Part shown: piece by piece, positions 1 to 5,351 of the stretch
How positions within the stretch are numbered: position 1 is the first letter of the stretch
Layout of the letters: each line of letters begins with the position of its first letter
IMG/VR virus record: IMGVR_UViG_3300048882_000035
Coordinates: 1 to 36,127 of that record
Length of the DNA stretch: 36,127 nt
Reading direction: 5' to 3' (one strand)
Source of the DNA: a virus
Taxonomy: Duplodnaviria; Caudoviricetes
Notes under the pieces: model-generated
What the model saw: the letters and a program-made list of their open reading frames with translations, nothing else
The model's database searches: none
Told to the model about the DNA's origin: nothing
Program-made: the position numbers and the translations under genes

Positions 1-159
1 GTTGGATATTGGGTAGAACAAATGGCTGCTGATGCTGATGTCAGTATAAAAGATAGGAAAAGTGAGTTGCTTGACATGGAACTTGAGAAATTCTTGGATA
101 ATGCAACTTTTCCTCTGGGAACTGTTAAAGAACCTAAGTATCATAACTGGATACCTTAA
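1..159 (+). CDS. Terminase large subunit (gp19-like), C-terminal fragment
   Basis: Frame 1 reads VGYWVEQMAADADVSIKDRKSELLDMELEKFLDN...NWIP*. This resembles the segment after the DDRLD nuclease motif in T7-like terminases, and it sits just before the repeat-rich end region. 5'-truncated; not in the ORF track. Confidence 0.7.
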   Translation, partial: VGYWVEQMAADADVSIKDRKSELLDMELEKFLDNATFPLGTVKEPKYHNWIP

Positions 160-163
160 TTCT

Positions 164-520
164 TGGTACACATGTGTTAATAATAGGTATATGTTTGTGT
201 GTGTGTGTTACATATGCTTACACATGTGTACCATTTTATACACATGGATAATTTGGGGAAAAAATGGGAGACCCTATAGCGATATGGCTGCTACGAAAGT
301 CCCCCTTGCTCCTTTTTTTTATGTGTACATGGGAACTACTTTTGTTAGCCTGTACTAACTTTAAAAACATGTGTCCACTCACGTAAAAACTTAGTGCATG
401 GGTACTACATTTGTTAGCATGTGCTAACCTTTGTTATTAGTATGTGCTAACATTTGTAATTAGTGGGTAATACATTTGTTTGTACACATGTGCTACCTTT
501 GTTTGTTAGTGTGTGCTTAT
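164..520. repeat. Repeat/palindrome array, probable terminal-repeat or packaging junction region
   Basis: 14-bp perfect inverted repeat TGGTACACATGTGT (164-177) / ACACATGTGTACCA (220-233). About 32-bp direct repeat CATGGGWACTACWTTTGTTAGCMTGTRCTAAC at 328-359 and 397-428. Variants of the dyad GTTAGCATGTGCTAAC at 344, 413, 436, 505. Confidence 0.75.
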
Positions 521-535
521 CTATTTTTTTTCTCT

Positions 536-580
536 CGCACACGCACACGCACACGCGCGCGCACACGCAACGCACGTGCG
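536..580. repeat. Alternating purine-pyrimidine tract (CA/CG)n
   Basis: Strictly alternating from 536 to 569, followed by the perfect palindrome CGCACGTGCG (571-580). Confidence 0.9.
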
Positions 581-692
581 ATCCTTTAGTAGTTCAATTT
601 AATTCTACAATAACCAGTAAATACAACTGTTATTCAAAACTGTAAAAGCTAACCTCTGTAACTCTAGCATTACCAACGGATTACAGAGGGGG

Positions 693-721
693 TTGACTTT
701 TATATCATTTTCATTCATACT
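693..721 (+). promoter_or_regulatory. Putative host sigma70 early promoter
   Basis: TTGACT-17 nt-CATACT. Confidence 0.5.
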
Positions 722-768
722 TATTGCAGATTAAATAACAGACTAATTAACTCTAATATTTAATCGGT

Positions 769-798
769 TTGACATTTTATTAAATTTATGTTTATAAT
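769..798 (+). promoter_or_regulatory. Strong host sigma70 early promoter
   Basis: TTGACA (769-774), 18 nt, TATAAT (793-798), upstream of the first early gene as for the T7 A promoters. Confidence 0.85.
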
Positions 799-933
799 AG
801 AGGTAGAAAAAATAGATTACAGAGTTTAGAAAGTTAGCAACAGATTGAAACGGTTCACGGAAGTGATACACTAGCTAACAAGTATAAACTAATTTTTTCT
901 AACTTAAATTTAACATTAAATCAATACAATGTT

Positions 934-1080
934 ATGGAATATGAGCAAATACAAAGCGGAGTGAGTATTAGTCCGTTAGAGTTAGCAGATCATAGTGAGT
1001 TTGAAGACTCGCTAGATTTAAATAATGAGTACATAGACAACTCAGATTCTAATGAGATGGTATTTGGTTTGAGTTGGTAA
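934..1080 (+). CDS. Small acidic early protein (48 aa)
   Basis: MEYEQIQSGVSISPLELADHSEFEDSLDLNNEYIDNSDSNEMVFGLSW*; below the ORF-track length cutoff; no clear SD. Confidence 0.55.
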   Translation: MEYEQIQSGVSISPLELADHSEFEDSLDLNNEYIDNSDSNEMVFGLSW

Positions 1081-1105
1081 CCTATAATATAATGGAGTGA
1101 AGTTT

Positions 1106-1291
1106 ATGATTAAAATAGATGGTAAGATGTACAAGGTCGCTGATCTTGCATCTACAGGTAGGCCACAAATGGCTAGCGTGTGGACTAATCGGCCTGAGTG
1201 TCGTAATCCTAAAATAGAGGCTAATTATAAAGCTAGGCAAGCAATAGAACGCAAAGCGGGAGGCTCTAGGCCTAGTATTAACGCAATATAA
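1106..1291 (+). CDS. Hypothetical basic early protein
   Basis: ORF; GGAG at 1094-1097 favours ATG 1106. Confidence 0.65.
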   Translation: MIKIDGKMYKVADLASTGRPQMASVWTNRPECRNPKIEANYKARQAIERKAGGSRPSINAI

Positions 1292-1305
1292 ACAATAGGG
1301 ATAAT

Positions 1306-1524
1306 ATGCAAAGCAAAGCTGTATTCTCAATGCGACATTATAATCGCATTTGGAATGTGATCTCTGGATGTGTGGAAACTCACAGAGAATACTCTGCCAA
1401 TAGTGATCTGGATGATGGGATTGAAGTTGGTATGATGTCTATCCATGCCGAACTAGGCTCTATGTTTAAGATGGATAATCCAAAGTTTAATCCTAATCTA
1501 TGGGAGTTGACAAAACAAGAATAG
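1306..1524 (+). CDS. Hypothetical early protein
   Basis: 72-aa ORF with AGGG upstream, tightly packed with neighbours. Confidence 0.65.
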   Translation: MQSKAVFSMRHYNRIWNVISGCVETHREYSANSDLDDGIEVGMMSIHAELGSMFKMDNPKFNPNLWELTKQE

Positions 1525-1535
1525 TATGCAATAAT
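1507..1535 (+). promoter_or_regulatory. Possible sigma70 promoter
   Basis: TTGACA-17 nt-AATAAT with TG extended -10. Confidence 0.4.
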
Positions 1536-1614
1536 GTAAGTACATTAGATTTAACAAGGTTGTCTAGTGTGGCTCTATCGTAAAGCCTTGTAAATCTCAA
1601 ACGGAGAAATCGTA

Positions 1615-1887
1615 ATGAGATATGTAAAATCAGTAATAGCAACTCATGGTCAGGATGTTGTATCATTAGATATGCAACCCGGTCAATGGATTGAAGTTGG
1701 CAACTCAGGATTTACTGAGGCCAAAGGTGTCTACATGGGCAAGATAGACTCTACAGAAGAACATGTATTTGTCTGGGATACTGGGCAAAGTCGGCCTAGT
1801 TTCCGTAATGAAATGTATCTTGCTGGTAAGTATATCAAGGCAAGTAATGCAGTCAAGGCTTCAATACTAAGGAAGCTGTTTAGCTAA
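1615..1887 (+). CDS. Hypothetical early protein
   Basis: 90-aa ORF, GGAG SD. Confidence 0.75.
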   Translation: MRYVKSVIATHGQDVVSLDMQPGQWIEVGNSGFTEAKGVYMGKIDSTEEHVFVWDTGQSRPSFRNEMYLAGKYIKASNAVKASILRKLFS

Positions 1888-1907
1888 CCTATAACAAACG
1901 GAGAACT

Positions 1908-2528
1908 ATGTACAGCAAGCACAACCCAATGGTGCGAGCGTATGCCTTTATATCTCCAGCTAATATGGAACGTGTGTTGGCCTTTGTTAGTAGTTCAATA
2001 AGAGAACGAACAGATAGGCTACCACAATACATGACCGAGTACCGAAAGTCTGGTGCTAAGTCTAGCTGGATATGGGGCAATAAGCACTCAACCATAGCGT
2101 ACATTAAAAAGCATCGTAAAATGTTACATACTAACATGGTGCGGATTATTAAAGCCAAGAAAAAGGACATGGCATTGGATTTGATAATGCTATTTCTTGA
2201 AATTCCGGGCTTTGGACTACCAAAGGCAGGTTTTTGTGTCCAACTGGTAGCAGGTAAAGCCGGATGTTTAGATGTTCACAATATCAGGAAGTACTTGCCC
2301 GATGAGGATGCTAGGAAAGGCACACCATCTTGGCTACAAACTTCTGGAAACTCTATAGCAACCAAGAGAAAGAAAGCCATTATATATCTAGATTTATGTG
2401 AGGATATAGGCGGTGCTAGGTTCTTATGGAACGAATGGTGCAATCATATATCATCTGAACCATGGGCAAGACACTTCTTTCCTACTGGCTACGATGTTTC
2501 AGAAGTACATACGTGTATCTGGAAGTAG
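1908..2528 (+). CDS. HhH-GPD superfamily DNA glycosylase-like protein (Ogg2-like motif spacing)
   Basis: HhH motif EIPGFGLPKAGF followed by GCLDVHNIR (Lys and Asp at the catalytic positions); GGAG SD. Confidence 0.65.
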   Translation: MYSKHNPMVRAYAFISPANMERVLAFVSSSIRERTDRLPQYMTEYRKSGAKSSWIWGNKHSTIAYIKKHRKMLHTNMVRIIKAKKKDMALDLIMLFLEIPGFGLPKAGFCVQLVAGKAGCLDVHNIRKYLPDEDARKGTPSWLQTSGNSIATKRKKAIIYLDLCEDIGGARFLWNEWCNHISSEPWARHFFPTGYDVSEVHTCIWK

Positions 2529-2666
2529 TAGCGTGTATCATCTTGGAGAGCATAAGAGCCACAATTCTTAAACATCCATTACTGGAGTACGTATAAGGAT
2601 TGTAGAGCAAATGGCCTAATAGCAATGTTCACGCTACTTTCAATCTATAACTAACAAAGGGAACCA

Positions 2667-2909
2667 ATGGAACGTAAAATAACAATAGAATACTACAGCA
2701 TATCAAAAGATAAGTATGTAGCAATAGAGGACATGAACCTTGAACATTTGGTGAATGTCATATACAAGTCTGTGACTAACAAGGGTGAATACCTTGCTAA
2801 TTTTAGGGTACGAGATAAGAAGAGTAGAGCATTTGACGATGCAACTCTGAGCCTCGGAGTAAGTCCTAATTTCATGGAGACTATCGGTGTGGTATCTGAT
2901 ACTGCCTGA
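2667..2909 (+). CDS. Hypothetical early protein
   Basis: 80-aa ORF, AAGGG SD. Confidence 0.7.
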   Translation: MERKITIEYYSISKDKYVAIEDMNLEHLVNVIYKSVTNKGEYLANFRVRDKKSRAFDDATLSLGVSPNFMETIGVVSDTA

Positions 2910-3057
2910 CCTGCTAATCTACTTCACTATATTTTTTGGTGGAGTATTGACAGGCATACTCTCAGTTGTGATGGTCATACTATTATACTGTAGAGATGGT
3001 GGTACAATAAAGATACAATACTCAGAAATCAATAACCTAGATACGGAGGAATTCTAA
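2887..3057 (+). CDS. Small single-pass membrane protein (56 aa)
   Basis: GTG start with GGAG at 2876-2879. Reads MWYLILPDLLIYFTIFFGGVLTGILSVVMVILLYCRDGG...EEF*. The stop overlaps the next ATG (TAATG). Not in the ORF track. Confidence 0.6.
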   Translation: MWYLILPDLLIYFTIFFGGVLTGILSVVMVILLYCRDGGTIKIQYSEINNLDTEEF

Positions 3058-3332
3058 TGTCAATGTTTTACTGTAGTAGCTGTGACCATCTCGTAGACTC
3101 AGACTACGTCTTATTTGTCTATGAGGATGAAACAGATAGCTGGACATGTGAGAACTGTTTATATGCTGATACAGACATAATTGAGGAGGATGTATTGCAC
3201 AGGTTTAATCTAGCCAGTACAACACCCTTTAAAATAGAAAGGTCTACATTTCATGGTGATGATGTAGACTATGGTGGCTATAGCCACAAGTATGACGAAC
3301 CACTCACAGATAGAGGGGGAACCGATGAGTGA
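3057..3332 (+). CDS. Acidic zinc-ribbon-like protein
   Basis: CSSC...CENC; D/E-rich; GGAGG SD. Confidence 0.7.
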   Translation: MSMFYCSSCDHLVDSDYVLFVYEDETDSWTCENCLYADTDIIEEDVLHRFNLASTTPFKIERSTFHGDDVDYGGYSHKYDEPLTDRGGTDE

Positions 3333-3582
3333 AAAGAACCTAATGGGTAAAACCAGACCAGTAGATAATCCATACGAGATATGGGTAGCTGACTCACCAG
3401 ATGGAGAATGGGAGTGGCGAGTGCTAAAGAAGTGGCAAAAGCCTTCTAAGGAGAAAGAAAACCCATTTGCTAGGTGGTTCTGTGCAGTCAAGTCACCAAA
3501 CACCTATGGATCATGGGAGTATGGGGATACTTATGTACGAGATGTGCAGAGTGTGGCTTTGAGAGTGGATTTACCATTCTAA
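3325..3582 (+). CDS. Trp-rich phage hypothetical protein
   Basis: GAGGGGG SD favours ATG 3325; WEWRVLK...ARWFCAVKSP...EYGDTY. Confidence 0.75.
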   Translation: MSEKNLMGKTRPVDNPYEIWVADSPDGEWEWRVLKKWQKPSKEKENPFARWFCAVKSPNTYGSWEYGDTYVRDVQSVALRVDLPF

Positions 3583-3757
3583 TGGAGAATTGTGCAGGGT
3601 GGAGGCAGTCTTTTTCTCCGTTAGGCTGTCACACAAAACCATCCTGCACATACTACTATACAAGATGGCAACGAAGCAGTAAGTCCAAAGGCTTGTATAG
3701 TGAAGCGTGGAGTTGGGTGGGATTAGGTGGTACAAACTCTTTAACAACAAAGGTTCT

Positions 3758-4009
3758 ATGAAAGAAAACAAGTTAGGTAGAAAGTATGCAAATACTTGGA
3801 GTCCTCCAAACAGGATTAGGTGCAAAAGGAACCACAATTTTGCTACAAGAAGGGCAAACAAAGGTGTACGTAAGAATGCCAAACTGATGATTGTAGCTGA
3901 ACTTGGGCAAGTATGCAATGGAGAAAGCAACCAGACTGTAAATCTGGTGTCGTATGACAAAGTGAGTGCAACTCTTACCTTGCCCACCATCAAAAGGAGA
4001 AACAAATGA
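3758..4009 (+). CDS. Basic hypothetical protein whose 3' part overlaps the tRNA
   Basis: ATG 3758 with AAGG upstream; K/R-rich N-terminal half; the stop overlaps the next ATG (ATGA). Confidence 0.45.
   Translation: MKENKLGRKYANTWSPPNRIRCKRNHNFATRRANKGVRKNAKLMIVAELGQVCNGESNQTVNLVSYDKVSATLTLPTIKRRNK
3905..3989 (+). tRNA. tRNA-Tyr (GTA)
   Basis: Acceptor GGGCAAG/CTTGCCC plus ACCA; D stem TGC/GCA with GG in the loop; anticodon arm CCAGA-CTGTAAA-TCTGG; long variable arm TGTC-GTAT-GACA; T arm GTGAG-TGCAACT-CTTAC (non-canonical T loop). Confidence 0.85.
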
Positions 4010-4152
4010 TAAACAAAATTAAACTAGACTGGTACGAGCAAAAGCAGTTCCTTGGTGAGATACTGTCTGACCTAGAATACTGGAATTTTGAGTACGAAGT
4101 ATCTATGAGAAATGGAACAATCACAATCGAAATATACGGAGCAGGAAAGTAG
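4006..4152 (+). CDS. Small hypothetical protein (48 aa)
   Basis: AAGGAG SD; MINKIKLDWYEQKQFLGEILSDLEYWNFEYEVSMRNGTITIEIYGAGK*; not in the ORF track. Confidence 0.7.
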   Translation: MINKIKLDWYEQKQFLGEILSDLEYWNFEYEVSMRNGTITIEIYGAGK

Positions 4153-4156
4153 GGGG

Positions 4157-4185
4157 TTGACAAATGATTAAATTTATGTTACTAT
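4157..4185 (+). promoter_or_regulatory. Host sigma70 promoter upstream of the RNAP cluster
   Basis: TTGACA-17 nt-TACTAT with TG extended -10. Confidence 0.7.
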
Positions 4186-4222
4186 TGTTTATACTATATT
4201 CTTACATATCGTTCTTTGACAA

Positions 4223-4432
4223 GTGGAACATATACATTTTAGCTCAATTAGGTCAATGACAACTATACTAATCGGTATCATGGCTTTGCTATTGTCAGCA
4301 AACTTTATACTAGATACAGACAAACCATGTCCGATTAAATGGACTGACAATCTGAGAAACCATCAACAAAGGTTAGACAAATGCAAACTAGTGAGTCGAA
4401 ACAGGTACATGGAATGGGTACTAAAGGACTAA
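4223..4432 (+). CDS. Hypothetical protein with N-terminal hydrophobic segment
   Basis: ILIGIMALLLSANFIL; start uncertain (ATG 4256 possible). Confidence 0.5.
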   Translation: MEHIHFSSIRSMTTILIGIMALLLSANFILDTDKPCPIKWTDNLRNHQQRLDKCKLVSRNRYMEWVLKD

Positions 4433-4643
4433 CTGTGTACATAGTGACTACCACATTGACCTACAAAACCAAAGACAAGTACAATGGGTACATAGTAAGG
4501 GTACATGAGAAAACAAAGGGATGATAGTGGTTATTGACGTAATAAGTCCGGAACCCACATCATAAAGACTTAGGCTAGAGGGGAAGTCTTAGATCATAAC
4601 TGCTTGGTCAGTTTCCAACCTCATTATCGTCCAAAATAATATA

Positions 4644-4659
4644 TGGACATTTACGTAGT
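4644..4659 (+). promoter_or_regulatory. Putative phage RNAP promoter
   Basis: TGGACATTTACGTAGT, identical to the intergenic copy at 29619-29634. Confidence 0.7.
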
Positions 4660-4748
4660 AAAAGAAATATAAGCTCTAAGGTATACACATGTCAAAATCT
4701 AGTAGAGTTCTTGGAGGTCATCGTACTAGTGGTATCCAAAATAGGGGT

Positions 4749-4778
4749 ACTCAAGTACACTCAAGTAAACTTAAGTAC
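4749..4778. repeat. 3 x 10-bp tandem repeat ACTYAAGTAM
   Basis: ACTCAAGTAC ACTCAAGTAA ACTTAAGTAC; inverted copy at 4926-4935. Confidence 0.8.
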
Positions 4779-4823
4779 AATAGACTGACCATAGGTAAAA
4801 CATTTAACTGTCAAGAGGAGAAC

Positions 4824-5081
4824 ATGAGTGGAGGACACTTTAAGTATGCCCAAAGTACACTTAAGGAAGAAGCATCTAGTCTAATGGAGACCATAAGACT
4901 CAATAAACCTGAGTTTCCAGATGACGTACTTGAGTGGCTTAAGTACACCCAGTTTATAATGGAGACAACAGTATCACTAATGGATGAAGCAGACTGGTTA
5001 ATCTCAGGTAACATTACTGAAGAGTCCTTTAAGGATGGCACAAGAAAGTGTAAAAAGGACATAATAACACACCAAAGTTAA
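4824..5081 (+). CDS. Phage hypothetical protein (MSGGHF...DWLISG type)
   Basis: GAGGAG SD favours ATG 4824 over 4689. Confidence 0.75.
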   Translation: MSGGHFKYAQSTLKEEASSLMETIRLNKPEFPDDVLEWLKYTQFIMETTVSLMDEADWLISGNITEESFKDGTRKCKKDIITHQS

Positions 5082-5096
5082 ACCAAAGGGGGGAAC

Positions 5097-5351
5097 ATGA
5101 AGGGAATGACCTATGCAGAGATGAAGGAGGAGCATGGTTTATCTAACAAGAGGATACAGAGGTTAGATAGGGATGCACAGAAGGTACTTGGTAATGCTCT
5201 AATGATGATAGATGGATGTCTCATGTCTAAAGAGAAGTGTGAGACAAAGGTTACCACATGTAAAGTATACGTAAGTATGGCAATGGAGATGCTGGAGGCT
5301 AACTTTCTTGAAGCAGTATCCGAGAACCTTAAAAAGGAGGACTTAAATTGA
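5097..5351 (+). CDS. Hypothetical protein
   Basis: 84-aa ORF with G-rich SD, overlaps the RNAP start. Confidence 0.7.
   Translation: MKGMTYAEMKEEHGLSNKRIQRLDRDAQKVLGNALMMIDGCLMSKEKCETKVTTCKVYVSMAMEMLEANFLEAVSENLKKEDLN

Noticed and set aside
328-520. CRISPR-like array
   Set aside because: Only two good copies plus degenerate partial ones, irregular spacing, spacers themselves repetitive, no cas genes.
62-645. ORFs 62-358 and 463-645
   Set aside because: They run through the repeat and alternating tracts, have low-complexity translations and no SD; the first overlaps the terminase frame.
3884-3930. Hammerhead ribozyme (CTGATGA...GAAA)
   Set aside because: The candidate stem II is not directly followed by GAAA, no stems I/III were found, and the sequence is better explained by the tRNA.
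4414-4524. 36-aa ORF MGTKGLTVYIV...
   Set aside because: Short with a weak SD; it could be real but cannot be supported.
3905-5347. Integrase/attP module before the RNAP, as in temperate autographiviruses
   Set aside because: No recombinase-sized ORF or R-H-R-Y motifs; the tRNA is complete rather than an att fragment.
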